Sequence record: DRR723986_5242
DNA: 62,031 nucleotides
Reading direction: 5' to 3' (one strand)
Each line of letters opens with the position of its first letter. The stretch's first letter is position 1. The translations under genes and the position numbers were made by a program. The notes beneath the pieces are model-generated. The model was not told the DNA's origin and did not search any database. It worked only from the letters and a program-made list of their open reading frames with translations. This document shows positions 10,873-20,409 of this stretch, piece after piece.

Positions 10873-11202
10873 ATGGGAACAGCGGCATATCGCAGATTTC
10901 TGGTGGTACTGGCTGTGGCATTCGCCGTGGCATTTGCCTTGGTGTGCATTCCGCCGTTCATCGACAATCCAGACATTGTGGGTGCGTTTGCGGGTGGTTT
11001 TGTGAACCCCTACGCCTCGGGTTATGCCATGGACATTTTCTTCACCTGGGCGGTGTTGGCCGTGTGGGTGATGTACGAGGCGAAAGTGAAGGGCATTCGC
11101 CACGGTTGGGTGGCGTTGCTGCTGGGCATGGTGCCCGGTGTTGCCACCGGGTTTGCGGTGTACCTGTTGATTCGTTTGAATCAGGAACAGGCCGCAGCTT
11201 GA
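10873..11202 (+). CDS. small membrane protein (DUF2834-like)
   Basis: Three hydrophobic segments; FVNPYASGYAMD and PGVATGFAVYL. Confidence 0.7.
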   Translation: MGTAAYRRFLVVLAVAFAVAFALVCIPPFIDNPDIVGAFAGGFVNPYASGYAMDIFFTWAVLAVWVMYEAKVKGIRHGWVALLLGMVPGVATGFAVYLLIRLNQEQAAA

Positions 11203-11204
11203 AA

Positions 11205-11819
11205 TTACACCGCCAGCGGATGATCGGCCATGCCGTGGTTCACATCGGCATGGCCTTGTTCATCTTTGCGCACGGCGATGACCACATCGCGTAGCTTGGC
11301 ATCGGCGGGCAGCTTGTAATAGTCGATTGCAATTTTCGGTGCGGCGATGTTTTCAATTCTGCCCGCATCAATTTCAGCCAGGTAGTCGGTGTAGCTGATT
11401 ACTGCCTGGTTCTCGAAGTAGCCCACCATGCGGTGAGCGGTTTTCGGGAAGAACACATACAGCACGAAATAGAAGTGCCAAAACACCAGTTGGGCAAACA
11501 ACACCAGCAGCCGCTCGCCCACACTGGGTTTTGCAATTTCAATAAAAATCATCAAATGCATGCGTTCGTTTTCCGCTTCTTCAAGCAGGGTTCGAATGGT
11601 GGGGCCGTAGCCGGTTTTCATTTTCCGCAAGCTCTTCAGGTGGATCCACATGCCAGCCACCATGCCGGGTACACCTGCTACCGTTTCCAGAATGACCGCC
11701 CGATGACCGTAGCGTTTGGCAAAGAAAGTGTCGGCAAACCAGCGAAAAAACATGGTCAGCGATTTTGCGAACTTGTCAGAGAAGTCTTTGGGGGTGGGTT
11801 CTTGAGGCAATGCTTCCAT
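11205..11819 (-). CDS. aox: alternative (ubiquinol) oxidase, di-iron
   Basis: LETVAGVPGMV, EAENERMHL, HRMVGYFE, RKDEQGH di-iron carboxylate motifs. Confidence 0.93.
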   Translation of the reverse strand: MEALPQEPTPKDFSDKFAKSLTMFFRWFADTFFAKRYGHRAVILETVAGVPGMVAGMWIHLKSLRKMKTGYGPTIRTLLEEAENERMHLMIFIEIAKPSVGERLLVLFAQLVFWHFYFVLYVFFPKTAHRMVGYFENQAVISYTDYLAEIDAGRIENIAAPKIAIDYYKLPADAKLRDVVIAVRKDEQGHADVNHGMADHPLAV

Positions 11820-11955
11820 GTGCTCTACTCCTGAGGTGTGACGACAGCGCTTTTATTTACTTTTTGAATTAGTCTACGCTTGTTGGCGTGGGTGGGCTAG
11901 CCCTTAAAATCACTGCCAAAACACAGAGAGGCTGACTTATTTGAGGGAAAGGGCA

Positions 11956-12348
11956 ATGAATAAACTGATATTCAAATTTGTTCTAATTGGATTTTTAGGG
12001 GTGTCATCTTGGGCCTTCGCAGACAGCGCCAATGATGAAGAACTTTGTGCGCAGCTGAAAGATGCAAAAACAGAGATGGAAGATACGCTTCTACAGATCA
12101 AGCAGAGAAAACAAAATGACTCGGCATTTCTTAAGGCGTTGAACAATAGCCAGAAGCAATGGATGCAATATGTGGATGCGGAATTACTCATGCAGTTTCC
12201 CTCGCAGCAGTTCATCGACTACGGTTCTGTTTTGCCGATGTGCCAATGCGTAACCCGGCTGGGTTTAGTTCAGGAACGAATTGTTACTTTAAAGCAATGG
12301 CTTGAGCCAGTTGTGGAGGGGGATGTGTGTACGGGAAGCAAGCGGTGA
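11956..12348 (+). CDS. secreted LprI/DUF1311-like protein
   Basis: Signal peptide; ALNNSQKQWMQY, YGSVLPMC and ERIVTLKQWL pattern. Confidence 0.7.
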   Translation: MNKLIFKFVLIGFLGVSSWAFADSANDEELCAQLKDAKTEMEDTLLQIKQRKQNDSAFLKALNNSQKQWMQYVDAELLMQFPSQQFIDYGSVLPMCQCVTRLGLVQERIVTLKQWLEPVVEGDVCTGSKR

Positions 12349-12359
12349 ATCGAAGTTAG

Positions 12360-12395
12360 CGTAAGCCCCACCAGGCGCCGTGGAGAGGGGCTACG
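12360..12395. repeat. GC-rich imperfect hairpin (REP-like or terminator)
   Basis: CGTAAGCCCC...GGGGCTACG just after the LprI-like gene; single copy in the window. Confidence 0.35.
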
Positions 12396-12484
12396 GTTGG
12401 ACTACAAACACAATTTGTATTGAGACAGAAAGCCTTGTTACGTGCAGAATACGGTTGAAGCAACAACTTTATTCAACCAAATCC

Positions 12485-13396
12485 ATGCTGATAAAAAGCG
12501 CAGAAGATCGCGATAGCGACATCAAGATTCTCGAATCATTGTTAAACCACCCTGCTGCATCTGCCTTGACGAAACGCAACATTGAAAAAGAGATTCGCGC
12601 AATCAAGGCGGGTGTGAAGGGTGAAAAGGACGCCGCCTACCAAATTGAGTACCACTACGGCCATGGGAAAAACTGGGCAGTCATTCACGACTTGCGTATT
12701 GAAAACAAGGGTCGTGTTGCTCAAATTGACCACTTGCTGATTAATCGATTGATGGAAATTTGGGTGTGCGAAAGCAAACATTTTCATCAAGGAGTTTCGA
12801 TTAACGAACAAGGCGAGTTTGTCTCATTCACGGGTTCCCAAGCTTACGGAATACCCTCGCCTTTGGAGCAGAACCGTAGGCATTGTTCACTGCTTCAAGC
12901 AGTGTTTGACGACGGTGTGGTTCCGCTGGAAAAGCGTTTGGGCTTTTCGATCAAGCCGGTGATCAAAAGCCTGGTACTGGTGTCCAGTAAAGCGCGGATT
13001 ACCCGGCCAACAAAGCCTTTTCCAGGGCTTGATGAGATCATTAAAGTTGATCAGATCAAGGCGAAACTTGACCAGGCAATGGACGATGACAATAACCCCC
13101 TAAACCTTGCAAAGTTGGTCAGCAGTGAAACAGTGAAAGCGTTTGCAGAAAGATTAGTGGCGTTGCACAAACCCCAGCAGTTTAACTGGCATGGAAAATT
13201 CGGCTTGCCTTTGCAGGTTGACGCACAGGCTGCTGTAGCGGCTGTTGAGAATGCTGAACCTGAACCCAAGAAATCAAAACTAGCTTGCAATACCTGTGGA
13301 ACAGTAGTGGCTTACAACGTGGCCAAATTTTGCTGGTTTAACAAGCCGCGTTTTGGGGGCCAGGTTTACTGCTATGAGTGCCAGAAGAATGTGTAG
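12485..13396 (+). CDS. NERD nuclease-related domain protein with C-terminal Zn finger
   Basis: GVKGEK, IHDLRI, AQIDHLLI, CESKH, SPLEQNRRH; C-terminal CxxC...CxxC. Confidence 0.85.
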   Translation: MLIKSAEDRDSDIKILESLLNHPAASALTKRNIEKEIRAIKAGVKGEKDAAYQIEYHYGHGKNWAVIHDLRIENKGRVAQIDHLLINRLMEIWVCESKHFHQGVSINEQGEFVSFTGSQAYGIPSPLEQNRRHCSLLQAVFDDGVVPLEKRLGFSIKPVIKSLVLVSSKARITRPTKPFPGLDEIIKVDQIKAKLDQAMDDDNNPLNLAKLVSSETVKAFAERLVALHKPQQFNWHGKFGLPLQVDAQAAVAAVENAEPEPKKSKLACNTCGTVVAYNVAKFCWFNKPRFGGQVYCYECQKNV

Positions 13397-13489
13397 AAGG
13401 TATCTGGTTGAGCCAGGTGACCGAGATTCGCAGACAGGTAAAGTGGTGGTGTTGTGTTGGGGTCAGTAGCGTGTGAGTTGTTTGGTACT

Positions 13490-13511
13490 TCCGCTTTTCG
13501 GCCGAAGCGGA
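13490..13511. repeat. palindromic element TCCGCTT-N8-AAGCGGA with internal TTCGGCCGAA
   Basis: Seen directly in the gap between NERD and the RM-like locus. Confidence 0.5.
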
Positions 13512-13634
13512 CTTTACAAATGATTGTTCGGTGTGGCTGATATATGTCTTGCAACGGGCGCTCGAAGTCCCTTATCAGATCAGGATCTATTTATCGTCTG
13601 TATCGTTAGCCAAGTTAAATAGAAATAACATTGT

Positions 13635-14567
13635 TTAGTCTATAAGCGTAAGAGCATATGCTTCGTCGAGGTAAGTGCCAAGCGGCATGTCATGTTCAAG
13701 CCCAAATTGAATTGCTAGCTTTGTTAATCTTAGGCGGTCGACCATAATTGCATCGCCGAAATCGGAGCGGTATGCCCACTTGCCATCAAGCCAGCGAAGG
13801 TCTTGTGGCATAAAATAATATGTTGCCCATGGATGAACTACATTCAGCTTGTTTCTCAGTGCCGCTGGACTTGCAGAATAGAGTTTTACACGCCAAGCAT
13901 CTTTAGAACATCCACACTGGGCAAGCGCAGTAGGGACGGAATCGCGCGAATCGCCCATCGGGTGCCACGAAACGATATCGATGCCCCCATCACCATGGTC
14001 CCCTGCTTTAAAGTCTCTTTCTGTAAAGGTTGGGGTGCCGCGGATGTCGGAGCAAATTTTATTCAGCTTATGGAAAAGTGCTCCTTGGTATCGGGACTCA
14101 GTTCCACCCGAAGCCCAAGCAGGGAAAATTTCTGAACCTTGCGGCATGAGTTTTTTGAAAATTTCTAAGCTGCATTCCTCAAAGACTCTGGCAAGGCTTT
14201 GCATGTAACCGCCTTCGCGTTTTAGGTAACGCATGTTTGCGCATATTAATAGCGTCAAATATAGCTTCTGGCCTGCTGAAAGCTCTTTTTCAGGTAATAA
14301 AAGTGAATCATTGTCAGACGATAAAGTAAAGGGATAGCTGGCGCCGAAAGTAACGATCCTATCTTGGACGAAGGCTATTGATTCACGCCAGAATTCCGCT
14401 GAGTCGTGAACTTTTTTTCCCGTAGCTCTTATAGCACGGACGGTGCTATCGAGTTCTCCGCGCCCGTAGTTCTTGTCCGGATGAACGAGAGTGCGTAATT
14501 CTATGTAGTCCGCTAGCTCATAGTGATCACCAAGAGACTCTGGAAGGGAATCAAGATTGTCGATCAT
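13635..14567 (-). CDS. hypothetical protein, putative Mrr-like PD-(D/E)xK nuclease
   Basis: GDGGIDIV...ALAQCGC resembles the Mrr DGGID...QCK core; ATGA overlap with the ParB-like gene. Confidence 0.65.
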   Translation of the reverse strand: MIDNLDSLPESLGDHYELADYIELRTLVHPDKNYGRGELDSTVRAIRATGKKVHDSAEFWRESIAFVQDRIVTFGASYPFTLSSDNDSLLLPEKELSAGQKLYLTLLICANMRYLKREGGYMQSLARVFEECSLEIFKKLMPQGSEIFPAWASGGTESRYQGALFHKLNKICSDIRGTPTFTERDFKAGDHGDGGIDIVSWHPMGDSRDSVPTALAQCGCSKDAWRVKLYSASPAALRNKLNVVHPWATYYFMPQDLRWLDGKWAYRSDFGDAIMVDRLRLTKLAIQFGLEHDMPLGTYLDEAYALTLID

Positions 14568-15727
14568 GACTCTTTAGCTCTGTTTTTGGCATCCAGCGCT
14601 TCTTCTTCAAGACTGTGCGCTATCTGATCATGAATTTTTTTAGCTCGCTTCGAGATTTCCTCTACTTTTGACAAGTGGTCCGTATTAGGAGAACTCTTCA
14701 GTAACATTTCCCAGACGATTCTAAGGCGCGCATCAGCTTTTTCTAGGGCTTCAGTAAGAGCAATTTCTGGTCCATTGGTGTACAGGAAGGCGTCGTCAAT
14801 GTCGCCTGACTCCTTTAGGATACGTAAACCGTCCCCACTTACAACGATCGCAGCAAGCTCTTTAAGATTGCGCGTTTCCCTAAGGATTGTCCGTCCATTC
14901 TGCTGTTGAATAAACATCCAGTAGAACAAATCTGTCACATTTTCTTTCTTAAGCTTGTCTGGATCTACGACATCGGGAGCTTCCAGCCCAAGCCAGTCCG
15001 AGATGTTGCGGTAGTTGATTGCAGTTGTAATGTATGAAAAATCAATTGCTTCAGTATTCAGAATTGGAAGGTCGAAGAAATTCCGTTCTTCCGCATATTC
15101 ATAAATTGCCAACGCAGCAAGGAGCTTTCCAACTGTGTTGGGTTTGCTCCCAATCACTTTCGCTAGTTGTTTGAGTTGGTCGCCACGCTCTTGTTCAGTG
15201 TAAAAAGCAAGACGTAGCTGTTCAAGATACTTAGCCTTAGAGAGTGCATCCCACTCTTTAATGCCAGTGATGTGCCGATATCCGAGATAGCGAAGGACAA
15301 CGTTTCTATCTTCGTGGACAATACATGGAAGCTCAATCGGATGCGGTTGGGTTGCCTCTTCACGAAGCATGGAGACAGACTTCGTTTTTCTTTTAGGTGG
15401 GGCAAGCTCTCCATTTAGCAACTTGACAGCTGCCAAGCGTCTATTGCCCTCAATAACAATAAAAGTTCCGTCGTCGGCTTTGGTGACCAGAAGAGGTTCG
15501 CCAGCAAAATAACCTTGTTGCCCGATTGAATTCATTAAATCTTGGACGCCTTCATCATCCAGCATCTCTTCGATAACTTGCTCATCGGTTGCCTTCTCGC
15601 TTAGACGATAAAAGCGAGGATTTTCTGGGTCGAATCTGAGGAGTCTAGTCTCGATTGTGATTATATTTCCTGGTACTAAGGCAGTTTCATCTGCAACTTT
15701 TATTCCACTCGAGTTTTCATTTGGCAT
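14564..15727 (-). CDS. ParB/Sulfiredoxin N-terminal domain protein
   Basis: FDPENPRF, LMNSIGQQGY..EPLLV, VIEGNRRLAAVKLL, RHITGIKEW; alternative GTG start at 15751. Confidence 0.85.
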   Translation of the reverse strand: MPNENSSGIKVADETALVPGNIITIETRLLRFDPENPRFYRLSEKATDEQVIEEMLDDEGVQDLMNSIGQQGYFAGEPLLVTKADDGTFIVIEGNRRLAAVKLLNGELAPPKRKTKSVSMLREEATQPHPIELPCIVHEDRNVVLRYLGYRHITGIKEWDALSKAKYLEQLRLAFYTEQERGDQLKQLAKVIGSKPNTVGKLLAALAIYEYAEERNFFDLPILNTEAIDFSYITTAINYRNISDWLGLEAPDVVDPDKLKKENVTDLFYWMFIQQQNGRTILRETRNLKELAAIVVSGDGLRILKESGDIDDAFLYTNGPEIALTEALEKADARLRIVWEMLLKSSPNTDHLSKVEEISKRAKKIHDQIAHSLEEEALDAKNRAKES

Positions 15728-15897
15728 ATTCTTCTCGTCGATCGTATTCACGCGTTAGCAGCACAAAAACGAGTGTCTGCTGGATTGATTCCGCAATAGC
15801 TTATTGATAAATCTAACATTATTTTTTCAAGCTGCTCACATCGATCAGTTCATCGCGCAGAGAATACCATTCGCGCATCAAACACTCGCGCCACCAT

Positions 15898-18800
15898 TTA
15901 CATGAATAAAAGTTCTCGCACCTGTAAATCGAGCCTTGATAAATCAGCCGGTGTGACGTGTCCTGCGCTTCTTGTCAGGTCTCGCGCCATGCGACTAATC
16001 GCTGTCATCCTAATATCTGTCTCATCGAACTTTGGGATGTTGAGGTATTCCGCAACACTAGCACCGAGACTTAGCTGAGCCGCGTAAGCAGATACTGCCT
16101 TGGCGATGGTGGGTGCGTTCAGGAAGCCGGTCAGGTATGCGGCCTCTGCCTCGGATTCAACGGCGATGAAATAAAGCTTATGGTCTGGCACTACGGTCTT
16201 TTCACTGGAGTATTCGGTGGCGACGCTTCCAATATATGCCGCAGCGAACGTGTTTCCCATTTCGCGCCAGAGCACTTTAAACGGGGCGAAAGTGTAAGGA
16301 CCAGTGCTCCACAGTGAATAAAACTCTTGTCCTTTCTGGAATCTTTTCAGACTTGACCGTTGTTCGAGATGACTCTTAAATCGGTTGAGAAATTTGAAGG
16401 TATGCGGACTTGTGGTCGGTAAGTCGGGATCGCCATGCATACCCCGCTGCGGAACAAGGACGCGGAGGTCCACCTCAGGTACTGCATTGAACGGAGCAAC
16501 ACCGCGGCCCCGTAACAGTGGGAACAGATGCTCAGACTCCACCGTCGCAGTGATCTTGGGAATACCCTTCGTTTTGCCGATATCAGCGACATTCTGTATC
16601 TTTACCAAGTCTGGGCCTACTGAACCCAAGGCGTGGATCCAAAAAATACCGTTGCGGTCTGTCGTAATGCCTTTCCGCGCTTTATATTGGGGTTTGGAAC
16701 CCGATGCAAAAACCTTCGCGAACACCGCCTGGTCATGTGTGGATCCAACGAGCCATGGCCGTGTGCCATCTCCGCCTGGTACTGGTACTGCTATTCCATC
16801 AATACGTTTTGCAGTATTGCGGAATTGATCAGCGGAGGCGTAGGCCCGTGTGTTGGCGCTACTGTTCCTATCTGCCGTCCATGACCGATATGTAACAGGG
16901 AATGCAGTATGTGCATCCCTTTGTAATATCAAGAACGTCGGATGGTTGCTTACACCATCGAATGGCCTGATGCCCTTGAAGTCCTCAACAAGCAGGACAC
17001 GGCACGGCAAACTACCATTGTCGATCGAGAAACGTCTGAAGCCAGCACTCGACTCGGTAGTAAATACCGAACCAGGTAGGAAGAAACCCAAGCGACCATT
17101 ATGGGCAAGATAATGCTTCACTGCCTGGTAAGTAATGACCGTCGATATATCAGACTCGATACCGCCTACCCACTTATCTGTACTAAACACGCCAAGCCCG
17201 CGGCAATGCCGCTGAATCGACTGGGCATAGTCCTTTGGCAAATTGCTCCACTTAACCCATGGTGGGTTTCCACAAATGTGCGAAGACCGTGGAATTGCCC
17301 CCGCCGCAAAGCGATCAGCCAGGATGGAGCACCAGATGCCATTCCAACCTTGGTGGTGGAGCTCAACCAGGTTGGCAACCGTCGTGCTGACGACGGAAAT
17401 ATCAGATTCCTGGAGCCTCATAGCTTGCAAATCAGGAAGGATCGCACTGCAGATTTTCGCTGCAGGGTAGTCCGCATCAATTAGCATCCGCATCTTAGCG
17501 AATATACAGAAGAAATCGGGGTGTCGGATCATCCGCTCTGGCACTGAAAACTCTCTGGGACCAACCTCTGTATGCAGGACGTAGCTGAAGTTCGAAAATA
17601 GGTCGACAGACGCCGGATAAACAGCATCTGCTAGATACACAGGCAGCCGAATTGGATGTGCGGGGTCCAAGTGCGGCGAAAGGAAGACGGCAAGCGACCC
17701 TTTTGCCGCGAGAACGGCAAGGGGGTTGAGATCTATCCCGTGGATTCCTGCGATTAGCGATTGAGCTGTAGCGCCGCTATTGGCCTTGCGGCGCCGCCGA
17801 ATCGCTTCGAGCAAAAATGTACCAGACCCACATGTGGGGTCGGTTAGCGAATCAGCGGGCTGCCACCCTAGCATGTCCATCCCATATTCTGCCAGCCAAT
17901 CAGGGGTGTAGAACTCGCCAAGGGCGTGCCTGACTTCTCGGGGAATGAACCGTTCATAAATACCTTTGAAGAGGTCCCGTGTTGCGTCGGCATGCTTCTT
18001 GGAAACGGCGAAGTCGACACCGCCAAGCCTTCCCAGCATAGCGCCAAGGTGGGTCTGGTAAAGAGACCAGTCGCTGTCGTCCAAATACCAGGAGAAAAAG
18101 TCGCCACTCAGCATGTTTAGGATGCCGGCGTTTTCAAAAAGCTCGCCTGTCTCCACGGCACGCAATCTGTCTACTACCGGGATACCTGTAGCTAGAACAT
18201 CTTGGCTAACCCCTGGTAGCGCGCAGGCGGCCACGACTTTCGCAATGATAGCGATATATGTGTTGAGCGCGAACAGGAAGGCTGCAGGATTCTCTTGGTA
18301 TGGTTCGTCATGCGAAATCTCTTGCCGAGCGAGCAGTCTTTTCATGTGCTCAGGCTGAAAACCCACCACTTGACTAAACAATCTTCGCCACTCGGCAAAT
18401 AACATCTTTGTTTTCGTGGTGCCTAGCGACGCATCCGCCTTGCAGATGCTGGTGTAGAGCTTTGGAATTAGCGCCGTTCCGTACTCTGAGTCAGGCCCGA
18501 CCAGCGCCTGCAGGAGCTGTGGATGGACGAGGGGACGACCACGACTCTCTAGCGCATTTAGTAGGCGTTCTGCAGAAATTCTGTCGAAGGCGACGACATC
18601 CTCCCAGGTTGCAATAACACCATCGAATCGGCCGAAAGTGATATGGGATCCATCCCATGCGACTAGGACGTATTCCTGGAGTGGCCTCCCTTCCTCGGCG
18701 GAAATTAACCCTGTATATTCCTCAGCTTGTAAACGTGCATGGTTTGCCTTGCTCCCAGCGCGTCCATTAAAAGACTTGGGTGGTTCGTACTCGATGACAA

Positions 18801-18999
18801 CGGCGCCATGAGCGACGTCAGCAAACTTAGTAGGTTTGCCATTTGTCTTAAGAGCGCGCTCGAGCTGGAATGGAGTCCAAGGAATGGATCGTTCCGAGCA
18901 AGCGTGCTCAAGCGCTTTTTCTAGCTCGTGTCGCAGTTGCGCTTCGTTGTTGGAGTTTTCGGCTGCAGACAAGACCGCGTTAATAAGTGATGTGCTCAT
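15898..18999 (-). CDS. N6-adenine (amino) DNA methyltransferase, Type IIG-like fused RM protein
   Basis: LGEFYTP, motif I DPTCGSGTFL, GIDLNPLA, motif IV GNPPWV; N-terminal D-x7-E-x-E; long C-terminal TRD-like region. Confidence 0.88.
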   Translation of the reverse strand: MSTSLINAVLSAAENSNNEAQLRHELEKALEHACSERSIPWTPFQLERALKTNGKPTKFADVAHGAVVIEYEPPKSFNGRAGSKANHARLQAEEYTGLISAEEGRPLQEYVLVAWDGSHITFGRFDGVIATWEDVVAFDRISAERLLNALESRGRPLVHPQLLQALVGPDSEYGTALIPKLYTSICKADASLGTTKTKMLFAEWRRLFSQVVGFQPEHMKRLLARQEISHDEPYQENPAAFLFALNTYIAIIAKVVAACALPGVSQDVLATGIPVVDRLRAVETGELFENAGILNMLSGDFFSWYLDDSDWSLYQTHLGAMLGRLGGVDFAVSKKHADATRDLFKGIYERFIPREVRHALGEFYTPDWLAEYGMDMLGWQPADSLTDPTCGSGTFLLEAIRRRRKANSGATAQSLIAGIHGIDLNPLAVLAAKGSLAVFLSPHLDPAHPIRLPVYLADAVYPASVDLFSNFSYVLHTEVGPREFSVPERMIRHPDFFCIFAKMRMLIDADYPAAKICSAILPDLQAMRLQESDISVVSTTVANLVELHHQGWNGIWCSILADRFAAGAIPRSSHICGNPPWVKWSNLPKDYAQSIQRHCRGLGVFSTDKWVGGIESDISTVITYQAVKHYLAHNGRLGFFLPGSVFTTESSAGFRRFSIDNGSLPCRVLLVEDFKGIRPFDGVSNHPTFLILQRDAHTAFPVTYRSWTADRNSSANTRAYASADQFRNTAKRIDGIAVPVPGGDGTRPWLVGSTHDQAVFAKVFASGSKPQYKARKGITTDRNGIFWIHALGSVGPDLVKIQNVADIGKTKGIPKITATVESEHLFPLLRGRGVAPFNAVPEVDLRVLVPQRGMHGDPDLPTTSPHTFKFLNRFKSHLEQRSSLKRFQKGQEFYSLWSTGPYTFAPFKVLWREMGNTFAAAYIGSVATEYSSEKTVVPDHKLYFIAVESEAEAAYLTGFLNAPTIAKAVSAYAAQLSLGASVAEYLNIPKFDETDIRMTAISRMARDLTRSAGHVTPADLSRLDLQVRELLFM

Positions 19000-19054
19000 C
19001 AGGAGTCCGACTCCAGTCCTTGTATATACTGCTCGGGTTGTTGCATGTCAATTT

Positions 19055-20155
19055 CTATGCGGCTTGTTTTCGGTCAGACAGGCCATCAGCTGCAACCAGC
19101 CCAGCTCCAGAGAACAGGTGGGCAAATATGACTTCTGCTAATTTCGGCGGCACGGCATTTCCTATTTGAGTAAATTTTGACTCCGTTTCGCCAAATGGGG
19201 TGAAATTGGGATCAAAGCTCTGGATTAGAGCACACTCGCGCCAGGATAACCTCCGTGGTATTTCTAGCTTCTTGCGCTTCGGATCGGCTTCCGTGTGTTC
19301 ATACTGGTCGGAAAAATCCCAGCGCTGCTTCCAGCCATCAGCAAGGTTCGACCATGTGAGAGTCATGATCGGGCTAGCTGGATGCAGGGTTATGTGCCTC
19401 CAGTTGGCGACAACGGTAAATGCGGGATCAGCCCATTTCGCCTTGCGGTTGCGTGACATGTAGTACCAAGAAAAGTGACCATCAGGATCGTGTGGACGTT
19501 CGTAGAATTCTCCTTCTGGCCAGAGCGGTAAGCTCTTAATTGCATCACCATGCGAGGCGTATGGCAAGAGTGGCCCTGAAGCTTTGGTAGATTTGCCGTG
19601 CGTTTGTTTCGGAAACTCGAAGGTTTGGTTCAAGTCTTTCCTCACTCCGACAATGAAGAGTCGCTTGCGCGACTGAGGTACACCGTAATCCTTTGCATTT
19701 AAGACCTGGTATTTAACGTTGTAGCCAGCTTTGTCGTAAGCCTCAAGTTGCTCCTTCAAAAAGGTTCCGCTGCTAAGTGCCTTGAGACCGGATACGTTTT
19801 CAGCAACGAAATACTTGGGGAAGACAATGCCAACTACTCGAAGAAATTGCTTGTATAGGTTTGTGCGTTCATCCTTCTCGGGACTACGGTTGCCCGCCAA
19901 GGAAAAGGATTGGCATGGATAGCCGCCCACTATGATGTCTGCACTCGGAAACACTTGTATGCCGGAGATGTCGCCATTGCGAATATCGGCACCCGGAAAA
20001 TACTGTTCCAGTGTCTTGCAAGCGTCTGTAAGGATGTCATTTGAGAATATAACGTGACCGCCAGCTGCTTCCACACCAAAATCCATGCCGCCGCAGCCCG
20101 AAAACAAGGATAACACCCTAATCTTTTCACTATCTCTTTCAAAAGTTTTCTTCAC
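19055..20155 (-). CDS. DNA (cytosine-5) methyltransferase
   Basis: FSGCGGMD (I), GGYPCQSFS (IV), ENV (VI), QSRKRLF (VIII), RRLSWRE (IX), QIGNAVPP (X); GTGA overlap with the RHH stop. Confidence 0.96.
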   Translation of the reverse strand: MKKTFERDSEKIRVLSLFSGCGGMDFGVEAAGGHVIFSNDILTDACKTLEQYFPGADIRNGDISGIQVFPSADIIVGGYPCQSFSLAGNRSPEKDERTNLYKQFLRVVGIVFPKYFVAENVSGLKALSSGTFLKEQLEAYDKAGYNVKYQVLNAKDYGVPQSRKRLFIVGVRKDLNQTFEFPKQTHGKSTKASGPLLPYASHGDAIKSLPLWPEGEFYERPHDPDGHFSWYYMSRNRKAKWADPAFTVVANWRHITLHPASPIMTLTWSNLADGWKQRWDFSDQYEHTEADPKRKKLEIPRRLSWRECALIQSFDPNFTPFGETESKFTQIGNAVPPKLAEVIFAHLFSGAGLVAADGLSDRKQAA

Positions 20156-20385
20156 AATTTCTCACTTCTCAGATACGTATCTTCAATATCTGGTCCCTGC
20201 GTTAGCAAGGGCCACTTGAACTTTAAGTAGTCGTCGATTGCATCTCGTACGACCCATGCAATAGAAACTTTGTTCTCTGTTGCGATTTTTTCCAGGACTT
20301 GATATTGCTCTTCCGAGAAGCTGATTGAAGCGCGGACCGTGCGCTCATGCGCACCAATCTCTTTGCGTTTTGCCTGTGTTCGCAC
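20152..20385 (-). CDS. ribbon-helix-helix (CopG-like) regulator
   Basis: RASISF strand followed by EEQYQVLEKIA and VSIAWVVRDAIDDYL helices. Confidence 0.8.
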   Translation of the reverse strand: MRTQAKRKEIGAHERTVRASISFSEEQYQVLEKIATENKVSIAWVVRDAIDDYLKFKWPLLTQGPDIEDTYLRSEKL

Positions 20386-20409
20386 GGCTGTTCCTAAATA
20401 AAAAACTCA

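Noticed and set aside
14564-15727. Chromosome/plasmid partition parB
   Set aside because: No parA or replication genes nearby; coupled to a nuclease-like gene within an RM-like locus
13635-20385. BREX, DISARM, Type I/III RM or Dnd/Ssp assignment
   Set aside because: Hallmark partners (PglZ, BrxC, DrmA/B, HsdR/S, Res, DndC/SspD) are absent from the window
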